Assembly: GCA_963422265.1 (NCBI GenBank)
Contig: OY729416.1
Coordinates: 640,001 to 704,000 of the forward strand
DNA length: 64,000 bases
Reading direction: 5' to 3'
Origin: Thermodesulfobacteriota bacterium
Lineage (GTDB): Bacteria; Desulfobacterota_D; UBA1144; Nemesobacterales; UBA2774
In this document: positions 49,406-59,981 of the stretch, one piece after another
Layout of the letters: the number at the start of each line of letters is the position of its first letter
Position numbering within the stretch: the stretch's first letter is position 1
Notes under the pieces: model-generated
The model's database searches: none
The model's input: the letters and a program-made list of their open reading frames with translations, nothing else
What the model was told of the DNA's origin: nothing
Translations under genes and position numbers: made by a program

Positions 49406-50266
49406 ATGGGCAGACTCGACAGACTCCTAAATAAAGCGGATGACTTCAAAGAAGCGGGACGTTTTGAAGAGGCGATAAAAGAACTCAGCCAGGCAATAGA
49501 GATAGCGCCTGATGATCCAGATGTTTATTTATCGTTTGCTCTGACCTATGACGCCATGGAAAATTTTCAAACGTCGGTTTATTACTTCAAAAAAGCAGTT
49601 GACTTAAACCCGGAGGATCCATATACATGGAGCCAGCTTGGCATTACCCTTTCAAGAATGGGAAGGCACTCAGAATCCATACAGGCTTTCGATGAGGCTT
49701 TGACCATAGACCCCGAATGTATAACCGCTAAATGGCACACAGCTCTTATCCTCAGATCTCTCGGACTTTACGAAGACGCCCTCAGGAACTTCAAAGAATG
49801 TACTGAACTCAGTTCAGATTTTGACTACGTAAAGGACGAAATATATTATCAGATCGGATTGTGCTACTTTGACATGGGATGGACTAGAGAAGCGCTTAGG
49901 GAATTCAGGAAACACATAACGTTATATCCTAAAGACGCTTGGGCGCTCCTATCAATAGGCAATTGCTACTTTGATCTTGGCTGGATAGATGAATCAGCAG
50001 CACAGTTCAAAGAAGTAATAAGAAACGATCCCGAATTTATACCCGCTTATAATGCTTTAGCCATATCGCTAGCGGAAAAAGGATGGTACGACGAAGCGCT
50101 TGACGTATTAAGAACGGCGCTTCTAATCTCTCCCGAAGATGAATCTATAAAGGGTAGCATCGATTATGTCGAGTCCCTAAAAGATGACGACGGAGCTAAA
50201 GGAATAATACTAAGCCTAATACTAAAACTAATTAAGCATAGAAAAGATTCTTGCGGGTCTTCTTAA
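49406..50266 (+). CDS. Tetratricopeptide repeat protein
   Basis: Multiple 34-aa TPR units (A...F..A....P); start at ATG 49406 (track start 49364). Confidence 0.88.
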   Translation: MGRLDRLLNKADDFKEAGRFEEAIKELSQAIEIAPDDPDVYLSFALTYDAMENFQTSVYYFKKAVDLNPEDPYTWSQLGITLSRMGRHSESIQAFDEALTIDPECITAKWHTALILRSLGLYEDALRNFKECTELSSDFDYVKDEIYYQIGLCYFDMGWTREALREFRKHITLYPKDAWALLSIGNCYFDLGWIDESAAQFKEVIRNDPEFIPAYNALAISLAEKGWYDEALDVLRTALLISPEDESIKGSIDYVESLKDDDGAKGIILSLILKLIKHRKDSCGSS

Positions 50267-50273
50267 CTAATAT

Positions 50274-51395
50274 CTAAGCCGTTCCGTTGTCAATTACTGA
50301 CTTCTTAGCATACTCCCGTCCCTGATCAGTCAGTTTTAATCTTCCGCGTCTTAAGAGAAGGAGTCCCCTAGCCGACGCACGTTTTACCGCTTCGTTGGCA
50401 AACTTGTCTTTCCATCTTAGGTTCTTCTCCAAGTGTCTTAGTCGGGATTCTTCCTCTTCTTCAGGGCTTCCTTCATGATTTAATAGATGTATTGCAAGCA
50501 CCTTCCCCGCAAATTCCCATCTCTGCCGTGAACGCCTTCTGGCAATAGAGATCAAACCTCTCTCAGGCGCTAATAGGAAAACAACAAAAAACACAAGACC
50601 CGACATAGTTGCCATTGAGCCGGCGATATTGGAGTCAAGTAAAATAGCTATCCAGAAACCCCCTAGGGAGCTGAGTACCCCGATAAAAGAACTTATAACT
50701 AACATATGCGAGAGCTTATCCGTAAGTAGGTAAGCCGCTGCTGGAGGAGCTATCATTAAAGCTACTACCAATATTGAACCAACTGCGTCGAACGCACCCA
50801 CCGCCGTAACTGATACTAATCCCATAAGCCCATAATGGATAAGACCTGGGGAAAATCCTAACACCGCGGCAAGTCCGGCGTCAAAGGTTGCTATTTTGAG
50901 TTCTTTATAGAGAGACAATATGAAAATAAGGTTAAGGATTAATATAGCAACTATTACGTATAGCGATTTAGGACCTATATCTACCCCTCTAAAAACTAGC
51001 CTATCAAAAGGAGCGAAGGCAATCTCTCCCAATAATACGGCGTGCACGTCTAGATGTATATTCCACGCGTAACGCGCTATTAGTATTACGCCTATACTGA
51101 ATAGAACGGGAAAAACTAACCCTATTGCCGCGTCTTCCCTCAAAAGCTTGGTTTTGTAAAGAACCTCTACCAGACTCACCACCAGAACGCCGCTTAGGGA
51201 AGCCCCAATAATAAGAAAAGGCGACGTAACGTCTTTAACTACAAAAAAAGCCAAGACTATGCCAAGCAATATAGCATGACTTATAGCGTCGCTCATCATA
51301 GCCATCCTGCGCAATACTAGGAATACACCAGGTATAGCACAGGCTACAGCAACCAACGATGCTATTAGCTGAATCTCTATATATTCTATGCTCAC
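50274..51395 (-). CDS. mntD: Mn/Fe/Zn ABC permease (TroD/MntD-like) with C-terminal winged-helix tail
   Basis: DAISHAILLG and AVGSILVVALMIAPPAAA ABC-3 motifs; soluble tail ending LKLTDQGREYA. Confidence 0.88.
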   Translation of the reverse strand: MSIEYIEIQLIASLVAVACAIPGVFLVLRRMAMMSDAISHAILLGIVLAFFVVKDVTSPFLIIGASLSGVLVVSLVEVLYKTKLLREDAAIGLVFPVLFSIGVILIARYAWNIHLDVHAVLLGEIAFAPFDRLVFRGVDIGPKSLYVIVAILILNLIFILSLYKELKIATFDAGLAAVLGFSPGLIHYGLMGLVSVTAVGAFDAVGSILVVALMIAPPAAAYLLTDKLSHMLVISSFIGVLSSLGGFWIAILLDSNIAGSMATMSGLVFFVVFLLAPERGLISIARRRSRQRWEFAGKVLAIHLLNHEGSPEEEEESRLRHLEKNLRWKDKFANEAVKRASARGLLLLRRGRLKLTDQGREYAKKSVIDNGTA

Positions 51396-52525
51396 CTGAC
51401 GTTCCTTATACTAGACAGCCTCTTGGCTTCTAAAACGCCTTTCCTCGTAAGAGCCCATTCATCTGAATTTACACGACTAACCAAACCCCGCTCTTCAAGC
51501 TTCTTGAGCCCGCTTTCTACTCCCCCTCGTCCAGCATTCATTATCTTTAGAACCGACGTTGAATGGGGACGTTCAGGATCGTAATGCCTAACCGCTAATG
51601 AATAAAGGTCATCTAATATGCCTTCAAGACGAAGATTTCCCCTATTTTTCCGCTCATCCCACCACTTCCAGAAGAGCCCCCTCGCTGGGGCTAGGAGAAT
51701 TGAAACAATAACTATAGAGCTTATACAAAGCACTATGGTCGGGCCGGTTGGCATCCTTGCAATCAAACTGCTTAGCAGCGCCCCCACAATCCCCGCTACA
51801 GCCCCGAACAGCGATGATAACATAATCATCAAACCAAGCCGGTCAGTCCACTGTCTGGCTGCTGCGGCTGGGGCAACTATCATAGCACTCATAAGTATGA
51901 CGCCAACCGTCTGGAGACCTAAAACTATTGCAACTACTATCAAAGTAGTCAATAAAACGTCAAGAACACGGATAGGATACCCTATTGTCGCACCAAACTC
52001 GGGATCAAAACTGAGAAGCTTAAACTCCTTCCAGAAGAGAAATACTGCAAAAATTGCGATTCCTCCCAGAATAGACATTGTTATTACGTCACGTTCAAGT
52101 AGCGCCGCTGCCTGACCGAAAAGAAATTTATCAAGCCCTGCCTGCGTTGCGTCAGGTCTTTTTTGGATTATGGTTAAAAGCACAAGACCAACTCCGAAAA
52201 AAACGGATAGCGTCATTCCCAGGGCGGTATCATATTTTATCCTAGTTGATCTGACGATAACGATGATAAAAATCGTCGCTATCCACCCCGTAGCCATCGC
52301 CCCCAGAATTAGCACCAAAGTAAATTTGCTTCCGGTAAGGAGAAACGCTAAGGCAATACCGGGCAAAGCCGCATGGGAAATAGCGTCTCCCAAAAGGCTC
52401 TGCTTCCTAAGTAAAGCATAAGCGCCTAATGCTCCGCTAACCATGCCCAATACAGCGGAGCCTAAAGCTACCGTGCGTAGCGTATAGTCAAAAAGAAGGT
52501 CGCTAAAAAGATTTAGTATATACAA
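51392..52525 (-). CDS. mntC: Mn/Fe/Zn ABC permease (TroC/MntC-like) with C-terminal winged-helix tail
   Basis: GDAISHAALPG and VGVILMSAMIVAPAAAARQW motifs; tail ending WALTRKGVLEA. Confidence 0.88.
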   Translation of the reverse strand: MYILNLFSDLLFDYTLRTVALGSAVLGMVSGALGAYALLRKQSLLGDAISHAALPGIALAFLLTGSKFTLVLILGAMATGWIATIFIIVIVRSTRIKYDTALGMTLSVFFGVGLVLLTIIQKRPDATQAGLDKFLFGQAAALLERDVITMSILGGIAIFAVFLFWKEFKLLSFDPEFGATIGYPIRVLDVLLTTLIVVAIVLGLQTVGVILMSAMIVAPAAAARQWTDRLGLMIMLSSLFGAVAGIVGALLSSLIARMPTGPTIVLCISSIVIVSILLAPARGLFWKWWDERKNRGNLRLEGILDDLYSLAVRHYDPERPHSTSVLKIMNAGRGGVESGLKKLEERGLVSRVNSDEWALTRKGVLEAKRLSSIRNVR

Positions 52526-52526
52526 A

Positions 52527-53318
52527 TTAGACTCTCCCGATTTCAGAGCCTTTTGTTAAACTAGAGCCTTTGATTTGGTTACTATCTTTTAAGAAAGACA
52601 CGCGTCCACCGTAGGTAAGGCGCAGGTTATCCTCGGTAAAAACGTCGCTAACGGCGCCGCTCGCCATGAGGCACACGTTTAGAAGCGTCACCCAATCAAA
52701 ATACTCGGGAACCGTTTGGAGATCGTGATGAACGACAACAACGGTTTTTCCGCCCGAGCGTAATTCTTGAAGTAAAGATATTATGGCGCGTTCTGTAGTC
52801 GCGTCTACCCCTTGAAAAGGCTCGTCCATAAGATATATCTGGGCATCCTGCACGAGTGCACGTGCAAGGAAAACACGTTGCTGCTGCCCACCCGAAAGCT
52901 GGCTTATCTGACGCCCCGCATAATCAGACATCCCCACTTTTTCAAGGGCTTCAAGAGCCATTTTAAGCTCCTTTGTCCCAGGCCTTTTTATCCACCCTAA
53001 AGCCCCATAACGACCCATCATAACCACGTCCCTCACGCTAGTCGGAAAATCCCAGTCAACGCTACCCCTCTGCGGAACGTAACCTACAAGCCGACGGTTC
53101 TTAGAATATGACTCGCCGTATATAAGCACCCTACCCGCAGCGGCGTTAACCAGATTAAGGATCGATTTTATTAAGGTAGTCTTGCCAGCCCCGTTGGGAC
53201 CTACGATTGACATAAGCACGCCTTCTGGCACGTGAAGGTCAACATCCCAAAGAACGGGTTTTTCTTTATACGCCACCGTTAAATCTTCAATTTCAATTGC
53301 TCCGCGCTTCATTTTCAT
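52527..53318 (-). CDS. mntB: Mn/Fe/Zn ABC transporter ATPase
   Basis: [20 protein letters not shown] and HHDL motifs. Confidence 0.92.
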   Translation of the reverse strand: MKMKRGAIEIEDLTVAYKEKPVLWDVDLHVPEGVLMSIVGPNGAGKTTLIKSILNLVNAAAGRVLIYGESYSKNRRLVGYVPQRGSVDWDFPTSVRDVVMMGRYGALGWIKRPGTKELKMALEALEKVGMSDYAGRQISQLSGGQQQRVFLARALVQDAQIYLMDEPFQGVDATTERAIISLLQELRSGGKTVVVVHHDLQTVPEYFDWVTLLNVCLMASGAVSDVFTEDNLRLTYGGRVSFLKDSNQIKGSSLTKGSEIGRV

Positions 53319-53445
53319 CTTTTGCCTTTGTCTTTCATTCTTCTCATTTTTTCATTTGCAAACTAACGCAGACGAAAATAGGTGTAAATACGAGGGTTCA
53401 TCCCTCTACCCTACAGGCCTTGTTTCAGCATCTACCGGGCGGTTT

Positions 53446-54408
53446 TCAAAACCGCTCCTTGCTCTTAAGGGCATTCACAATCGTACCGACGTTGTAGCGA
53501 ACCATACCGATATAATTACCCTCGGGCTTACCCGGATTACCCATCGCGTCTGAGAAAAGCTTTCCACCAATCTCTACACTAAATCCTTTTGCCTTTACCG
53601 ATGCCTGCACCGCCTCTATGTACTTAGGCTGCACGGAAGACTCAATGAAAATCGCAGGGATTTGCCTCTCCACAATAAAATAGGCGAGCGATTGGACGTC
53701 TGCAGTGCCTGCCTCAGATTCCGTGCTTATTCCCTGAAGTCCCCTCACTTCAAATCCATAGCCTTTACCAAAATAATTAAAGGCGTCATGGGCAGTTACA
53801 AGAACCCTTCTCTCTTTAGGAAGGGTTTCAATCATGGCTTTTACATGCTCGTTAAGTCTTGAAAGCTCAGCCAGATAAGCTAGCGCATTTCGGCTATAAA
53901 TAGCTGCGTTGTCCCTATCTTCTTTACTTAGATTATCTCTTACCGATCCTACAACGTCCATCCATAAAGCTACGTCAAACCATACGTGGGGATCGTAGTT
54001 GCCCTTAAACTCAGGCGGGGCTAAAAGTCTACCTCGGGAAATTCCGTCCGTAACCGCAACGGTATCTATCCGGCGTTTTTCCATCCGCTCGAATACTTCC
54101 GACATCTTACCCTCTAAATGAAGTCCGTTATAGAAAATTATATCCGCCTTAGATAATAGAGCGACGTCTCCTGCACTCGCCTTGTAAAGATGAGGATCAA
54201 CCCCCGGGCCCATAAGACATTTAACTTCTACTCTATCCCCACCAACTATCCGGACCACATCGGCTATCATCCCAGTGGTAGCAACTACGTTAAGGACATT
54301 TCCGTCAGCTTCATTGCTTTTAGATCGTCCACCATTATTATCTGCAAAACAGGATGAAAGTGTCACTGCTAACAAGAGTAATAACGGTATAAAAATATTG
54401 TGGTTCAT
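53446..54408 (-). CDS. mntA: Mn/Fe/Zn ABC substrate-binding lipoprotein (TroA/MntA)
   Basis: Lipobox LSSC; DPHLY, DPHVW, HDAF and SD metal ligands. Confidence 0.92.
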   Translation of the reverse strand: MNHNIFIPLLLLLAVTLSSCFADNNGGRSKSNEADGNVLNVVATTGMIADVVRIVGGDRVEVKCLMGPGVDPHLYKASAGDVALLSKADIIFYNGLHLEGKMSEVFERMEKRRIDTVAVTDGISRGRLLAPPEFKGNYDPHVWFDVALWMDVVGSVRDNLSKEDRDNAAIYSRNALAYLAELSRLNEHVKAMIETLPKERRVLVTAHDAFNYFGKGYGFEVRGLQGISTESEAGTADVQSLAYFIVERQIPAIFIESSVQPKYIEAVQASVKAKGFSVEIGGKLFSDAMGNPGKPEGNYIGMVRYNVGTIVNALKSKERF

Positions 54409-54409
54409 C

Positions 54410-55144
54410 TTATATCACCTCGTCAGGCACTCCAGTAGCACCGGTAACAAATACGTGCCGCGCCGCTTCTATCCCTAGTATGTGGCTAATATCTTCAACC
54501 TTTATCGTTATGGGCCCTCCAAAAGGCTCTATTGAGATAACCTCTACCTCGGTTTTCGGATAAAGACCCATTTGGGCTATGTATCTAAGAAGGTTTGGAT
54601 CATGGTCACTCACCTCAACCACGACTCCTGACTGACCTGGATTAAGATCGGCAAGCGGTATGGAATCAATCTCTATTATGGTGCCGTCCCTACTAGGAAT
54701 GGGTGAGCCATGAGGATCCCTAGTCGGGTGACCGAGAACGGCGTCCATACGGTTTTCCAAGTCTTCGGACAACACGTGCTCCCACGTTTCTGCCTCCTGA
54801 TGAACTCGATCCCAAGGCACCCCCAAGGCTTCCGCTAGGTAAAGCTCAATCAATCTATGATGTCTTATTATCTCAAGGGCTATTTTTCGACCTGCCTTCG
54901 TAAGTTTAACTCCCTGATAAAGTTTATGAGTAATTAGCTTTTTCTCAGATAATTTTTTAATCATACTAGTAACGGACGCAGGCGCTACTCCTAACTTTCT
55001 AGACAGAGAGCTAGTGCTTACATGTTTCTCTTCTTTCTGAATCTCGTATATGGCTTTTAAGTAATCCTCAATTGATTCCGTGTACATTAATAATCTCCAA
55101 GACGCTTTCTCAACGGATTGGGGGTTTCCTCCAACGTTATTCAC
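54410..55144 (-). CDS. mntR: DtxR/MntR-family metal-dependent repressor with FeoA domain
   Basis: EDYLKAIY, RHHRLIELYL, EH.LS, DPHGSPIP and C-terminal FeoA domain; alternative start at 55087. Confidence 0.93.
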   Translation of the reverse strand: MNNVGGNPQSVEKASWRLLMYTESIEDYLKAIYEIQKEEKHVSTSSLSRKLGVAPASVTSMIKKLSEKKLITHKLYQGVKLTKAGRKIALEIIRHHRLIELYLAEALGVPWDRVHQEAETWEHVLSEDLENRMDAVLGHPTRDPHGSPIPSRDGTIIEIDSIPLADLNPGQSGVVVEVSDHDPNLLRYIAQMGLYPKTEVEVISIEPFGGPITIKVEDISHILGIEAARHVFVTGATGVPDEVI

Positions 55145-55212
55145 CTCTACTAAAATTAACTGCTACCAAAGGATCTCCCTTGAAAAAATATTTTAGTACA
55201 TAAAAACATAGA

Positions 55213-55230
55213 TTTTAGACATGCCTAAAA
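55213..55230. promoter_or_regulatory. Putative MntR/DtxR operator
   Basis: Palindrome TTTTAG-ACATGC-CTAAAA abutting the -10 of a minus-strand TTGACA-17 nt-TAGTTT promoter (55229-55257). Confidence 0.6.
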
Positions 55231-55381
55231 ACTATGTTAAAAAAAGAAATTTGTCAAGCTAGAACACAGGCCATATTATATTATAAAAGTAAGGTAAATT
55301 TCCTTTTCTGTTGACGATTTGCAGGACACTCAGGACACTATGGTTACGTCCGTAAAAGCAAACCATAGAGAGGCGCCACCA

Positions 55382-56182
55382 ATGAGTAGAGTTCTGTTAC
55401 TAGTCTTTATAGCTTTTGGGGTTATTGGGGGTTGTGGAGTAGGTAATATCCGCTCGGATAAAGAAAAAGTTAGAACTCCGATATACAGTTACAGAATTAT
55501 CAACGCCTATAACCACGATGACAGGGCTTTCACTCAGGGATTAGCCTTTGATAACGGCACTTTTTATGAAAGCACCGGACTACACGGTAAATCAACCATA
55601 AGGAAGGTTGACTTTAGAACGGGAAAAGTGCTTAAATCCTACAAACTGCCCAACAAGTATTTCGGTGAGGGAATAGCAATTGTGGGTAACGAGATAATAC
55701 AAATTACCTGGAAGTCAAAAATCGGATTTGTATATGACAAAAATACGTTTAACCACCTAAAAACCTTTCACTATAACTCTCAGGGGTGGGGTCTCACCTA
55801 TGACGGCAATTACTTAATTATGAGCGACGGGAGCGAGACTCTGCGCTTCTTGCACCCTAAGACTTTCAATTTAGTCAGGAAACTAAACGTGCATGACGAC
55901 AACGGAACCGTTAAAAAATTAAACGAGCTTGAATACGTCCCACGCGCCAATGGAGGAGAAATTTTAGCCAATATTTGGCAATCTGACAGTATAGCTAGAA
56001 TAGACCCCGTGAACGGACGCGTTAAGGGATGGATAGACATTAGTAACCTGCTAAACGAAGATGATGTTAAAAAACCGGCGGACGGACCAAACGGAATAGC
56101 TTATGACTCTGGAAATAAGCGGCTATTTGTTACCGGAAAATTCTGGCCTAAAGTCTTTGAGATTGAGTTGGTTTTAGATTAG
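55382..56182 (+). CDS. Glutaminyl-peptide cyclotransferase (beta-propeller type), lipoprotein
   Basis: FTQGL, ESTG, FGEG, QGWGL, SDGS, LNELE, NGIAYD and TGK.WP motifs. Confidence 0.92.
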   Translation: MSRVLLLVFIAFGVIGGCGVGNIRSDKEKVRTPIYSYRIINAYNHDDRAFTQGLAFDNGTFYESTGLHGKSTIRKVDFRTGKVLKSYKLPNKYFGEGIAIVGNEIIQITWKSKIGFVYDKNTFNHLKTFHYNSQGWGLTYDGNYLIMSDGSETLRFLHPKTFNLVRKLNVHDDNGTVKKLNELEYVPRANGGEILANIWQSDSIARIDPVNGRVKGWIDISNLLNEDDVKKPADGPNGIAYDSGNKRLFVTGKFWPKVFEIELVLD

Positions 56183-57068
56183 ATATTCTCTCAAGCGCGA
56201 GTAGCAAAGCCTGAGTGCCCTTACGCCCATGTCCCTGAGCTTTTGTAGCGATGTAAAGTTGATGCACTAATGACAGTCCGGGTAGGACAATACCCATCCT
56301 TTGGGACTCTTTAAGGGCAATTCCCATATCCTTAATAAAATGCTCAACGTAAAAACCCGGTCTGAAGTCCCTACTTACGATTCTAGGCGCCAGATTATCC
56401 AGCATCCAGCAGGCGGCAGCCCCTTTGCTAATGGAGCTAAGCATAGTGTTCACGTCTAGTCCTGCTCTATAAGCGTAAAGCAAGGTCTCACACGTGCCTA
56501 TCATAATCCCGGTTGCCATTATCTGATTGCACATTTTGGCGTGTTGTCCCTTCCCAGCTTTTCCTTGATGCACTATATTCTTTCCCATAAGCCTAAGCAA
56601 AGGCATAATTTCTCGAATCGCTCCCTTATCACCCCCGATCATTATAGAGAGCGTCCCTGCCCTAGCACCAATATCGCCACCCGAAACGGGCGCGTCAATG
56701 GCGGCTACCCTAAGATTTTTAGCGTAATTGTAAATCTCCTCGGCAAGAGATGGTTCAGTCGTCGTCATATCAACCAATGTGCTTCCCTCTTTAACGCCTT
56801 CAAACAAACCATTCTTTTCAAAATAGACCTCTCGGACATCTTTCGGGAAACCAATTATTGTAAATATAACGTTAGACCTTTCAGCTACCTGCTTCGGAGA
56901 CTTTGCCCATTCAGCCCCTTTGTCAAGCAACTGCTTCGCCTTTTTTTTCGTACGATTATAAACAACCACTTTATAACCCTTGTCAGTTAAATGCACACAC
57001 ATGGCGTTTCCCATAACGCCCGTTCCAATCCAGCCTATATTCGTTCTTGACGTGCTCACCCTAATCAT
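56148..57068 (-). CDS. NAD(P)-dependent beta-hydroxyacid dehydrogenase (3-hydroxyisobutyrate/tartronate semialdehyde reductase family)
   Basis: GWIGTGVMG, DAPVSGGD, KMCNQ and KDM motifs. Confidence 0.9.
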   Translation of the reverse strand: MIRVSTSRTNIGWIGTGVMGNAMCVHLTDKGYKVVVYNRTKKKAKQLLDKGAEWAKSPKQVAERSNVIFTIIGFPKDVREVYFEKNGLFEGVKEGSTLVDMTTTEPSLAEEIYNYAKNLRVAAIDAPVSGGDIGARAGTLSIMIGGDKGAIREIMPLLRLMGKNIVHQGKAGKGQHAKMCNQIMATGIMIGTCETLLYAYRAGLDVNTMLSSISKGAAACWMLDNLAPRIVSRDFRPGFYVEHFIKDMGIALKESQRMGIVLPGLSLVHQLYIATKAQGHGRKGTQALLLALERISNLKPTQSQRL

Positions 57069-57233
57069 ACCTTCCTCCCTTTAATAGAGATAATATCAAT
57101 TGAGAGCGGTGATGTAAATAATCAAACTACGCACAATTGTCTTTGCCCAAAATCTATGTAAAACTTAAATAAGTCAAGAATCAAAGAATGTTAGGCGCTA
57201 ACACTTTATCTGCGTAATCCGCGAATTGATAAT

Positions 57234-59894
57234 ATGCCCGAGCTCACCGCTAAACAGAAAGAAATAATTCAAGGCAAGGAGAATATACTGGTAATGGCAA
57301 ATCCGGGCACTGGTAAAACATTTATTCTCTCAAGTAAATTCTTATCCGCCATCCAGAATGGAGTCCGTCCGGAACAAATCCTCTGCCTTACGTTTACCGA
57401 TAAAGCAAGGCAAGAAATGGAGAGCCGCATTGTCCGATTGCTTTTGGAGAACCAGATAAGGATCGATTCCTCTAAACTACAGATAAAAACGTTTCATTCC
57501 TACGCTATGGAAAAACTGGAACAGCCGCCTATTATACCGTCTAACTTCCTAAGGTTCACCATATTTGAATACATAAAAGAAAACCACTTATTTGACTACG
57601 AACCATCCTACCTGATCTCGGAGATAGCATCTAAAATTGAGAGACTAATCCTTTTCTTAAAATCATTCGGTATAACCCCTGATAAGATAGATTTGGAGAA
57701 AACCAAATCCCTCCTTCAAAACGCGGATGAAACTAAGCTTGACGAAAAACACAAATTCGCAGAGGAGTTTGTAACTATATTTAATGATTACGAAAAGACT
57801 AAATCAGAGAAGGGTGTGGACTACACAGACTTGTTGATTAAATTCCTAGCACTTAAAAACATACCTAAGCATAAACTCGTTCTTGTTGACGAACTTCAAG
57901 ACCTAAACAGAATGGAAGCTGATATTGCCCTAAAGTCATCAAAAGAATTTTTCGCTGTCGGGGATAAAAAGCAAGCTATATTTGGATTTCAAGGAGGCTC
58001 AATCACAAATTTCGACCTCTTTCAGAGTAACTCAAGACAGTTCGTCCTATCAGACAATTTTAGGAGCACGGATGCAATTTTAAACTACGCAAAAGACTAT
58101 TTCCTTTCTAAAACTAAAGACCCTTCTCATAAAAAAGAGCTTGAAGATTTGAAAAGTGCCGATGGAAGAAGAGGCGATCCGCCAATTATCTACAAGGCTA
58201 AAAAAGAATTTATTCCAGATATAGCTAGTGAGCTATTAAAAAGATACGCGCAAGAACAAGGCCACATTGCCGTTATTACAAGAACCAATCGTCAGATTAC
58301 GGAAATATCAAAGCGCTTGACTAACAATGGAATAAACCATTCATCAACCTGTCTGGTAGCCTCAGGAGACGCCAAATTAAACGTTATACGGTTTCTAAAG
58401 GGTATCCTCAGCAACGATTTACTTGACGTTAGAAATGCCCTCTTTACGACTTTCGCGCCAGTGCCTTTGCGCACTGCTTTTGAGATCACCCAAATTACGG
58501 ATTTAACGCTCGAGAAACTTGAGAGGCTCACTCCAGAGTTCGCCAACCTTAGGCAATTCGTTAAGTCGCTTGAGCACGTCAACGAGCTTTTTAAGAATAA
58601 TATAATCCCCATAGCCGTATCACACGGGAGAGAATACTTTCTAGCGTCAACAAAAATCCAAGACGCCTTTCGAGAGTCGGTGGAATTTTTAAGCGACATA
58701 AAACTTGAAAACCTCATTGCTTATCTTGAGTCCACAAACTTAAATTACGAAGCGCCTGATACAGAGAGCAAAATTACTGTAACTACAATACATAAAGCTA
58801 AAGGAAGGGAGTTCGATACGGTTATCTACTTTCCAGGACAGACGAGCAATAAATCAAACTATCAGGATGAGGTTGTAGAATCCATACTTAAAACTCATGG
58901 CATTGATGCTGGACAACAAATTTATGAAGAAGGGTTGCGGACTGACTTCGTAGCGTTCACCCGCGCCAAAAACAAGCTGGTAATTTTGAGCGACTCGTCA
59001 CATAAGTTTATGAATCAATACGCCGTTGAAGGTAACTTATCATACAGGAATGAGGAGGGGATTCAGTTTAACGAATCTCAAAAAAAAGCCTACTCATTCT
59101 TCGTGGCGCGCGAGTTTGACAAAGCAAGAGAACTATTAGATAAAAAAGAGAAATGGATAACTGACTATGTGTTTAATTATTTTAACGATCTAAATAACAT
59201 TTCATTTTCATTTTTGATGGATAAGGCCTATGAATATCTTGTCACCTCTATACTCAGAATACGAGAGCAATCGGAGGCAATCACGATTGGACTGGAAGTT
59301 CACAGAATTGCAGAAAAGATAGTTAACGAAGGTAACTGTGACTGCACCGACGACTTTAAGCCGCTCAAAGATAATATCAACGCCCTAATTAGCTTAATAA
59401 AAAAGGAATATCCCGATAACTACGCCGCTGAGAAATTTATAAAGATTCCTCTGAATGAATTTATCGATACTGAAAAAGGCGGGGACATGTATTTCACAGG
59501 ACATATAGACGCAATTTTTCAAAATGGAGATAACTATTTTATCATAGATTGGAAAACCGACCGCAACCAAAACAGGGGAAGCACTCATCGCCAACAGTTA
59601 GCGGCTTATAAGAGGGCTTTTTGCATTGCGCATAAGATAGATACAGATAAGGTCCGCGTTGGAATCTGCTTTGTTAGACTAAGATCGGCTTTGAATACAG
59701 GAGAGCTAAGTTATCTGCTTGATAATAAACAACCAAATAAGCGTGCTTTCGAAACGTTCTCAAAGCGATTAAATAAAGTGCTTAAATGGAAAAGAGACCC
59801 TGAATCTTTTCTTAGCGAATTAAGCGAGACGGAAAGGGGTGAAGCACTGTGGAGAAGCATTGTAGAGCAATATCTCAAGGAAAAAGCGGTATAG
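57234..59894 (+). CDS. UvrD/Rep SF1A helicase fused to a C-terminal PD-(D/E)XK (RecB-like) nuclease
   Basis: Helicase motifs ANPGTGKT, TFT, DELQD, GDKKQAIFGF, NFRS, TIHKAKGREF and AFTRAK; nuclease motifs GHID...IDWKT...QLAAY. Confidence 0.88.
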   Translation: MPELTAKQKEIIQGKENILVMANPGTGKTFILSSKFLSAIQNGVRPEQILCLTFTDKARQEMESRIVRLLLENQIRIDSSKLQIKTFHSYAMEKLEQPPIIPSNFLRFTIFEYIKENHLFDYEPSYLISEIASKIERLILFLKSFGITPDKIDLEKTKSLLQNADETKLDEKHKFAEEFVTIFNDYEKTKSEKGVDYTDLLIKFLALKNIPKHKLVLVDELQDLNRMEADIALKSSKEFFAVGDKKQAIFGFQGGSITNFDLFQSNSRQFVLSDNFRSTDAILNYAKDYFLSKTKDPSHKKELEDLKSADGRRGDPPIIYKAKKEFIPDIASELLKRYAQEQGHIAVITRTNRQITEISKRLTNNGINHSSTCLVASGDAKLNVIRFLKGILSNDLLDVRNALFTTFAPVPLRTAFEITQITDLTLEKLERLTPEFANLRQFVKSLEHVNELFKNNIIPIAVSHGREYFLASTKIQDAFRESVEFLSDIKLENLIAYLESTNLNYEAPDTESKITVTTIHKAKGREFDTVIYFPGQTSNKSNYQDEVVESILKTHGIDAGQQIYEEGLRTDFVAFTRAKNKLVILSDSSHKFMNQYAVEGNLSYRNEEGIQFNESQKKAYSFFVAREFDKARELLDKKEKWITDYVFNYFNDLNNISFSFLMDKAYEYLVTSILRIREQSEAITIGLEVHRIAEKIVNEGNCDCTDDFKPLKDNINALISLIKKEYPDNYAAEKFIKIPLNEFIDTEKGGDMYFTGHIDAIFQNGDNYFIIDWKTDRNQNRGSTHRQQLAAYKRAFCIAHKIDTDKVRVGICFVRLRSALNTGELSYLLDNKQPNKRAFETFSKRLNKVLKWKRDPESFLSELSETERGEALWRSIVEQYLKEKAV

Positions 59895-59981
59895 TTGGGT
59901 TTGACATAATTACCAGTATAGGTTCAATATACGTTCGTATAGATGAAGCACACGTTATGAATTGCACACAATCACTGAACC

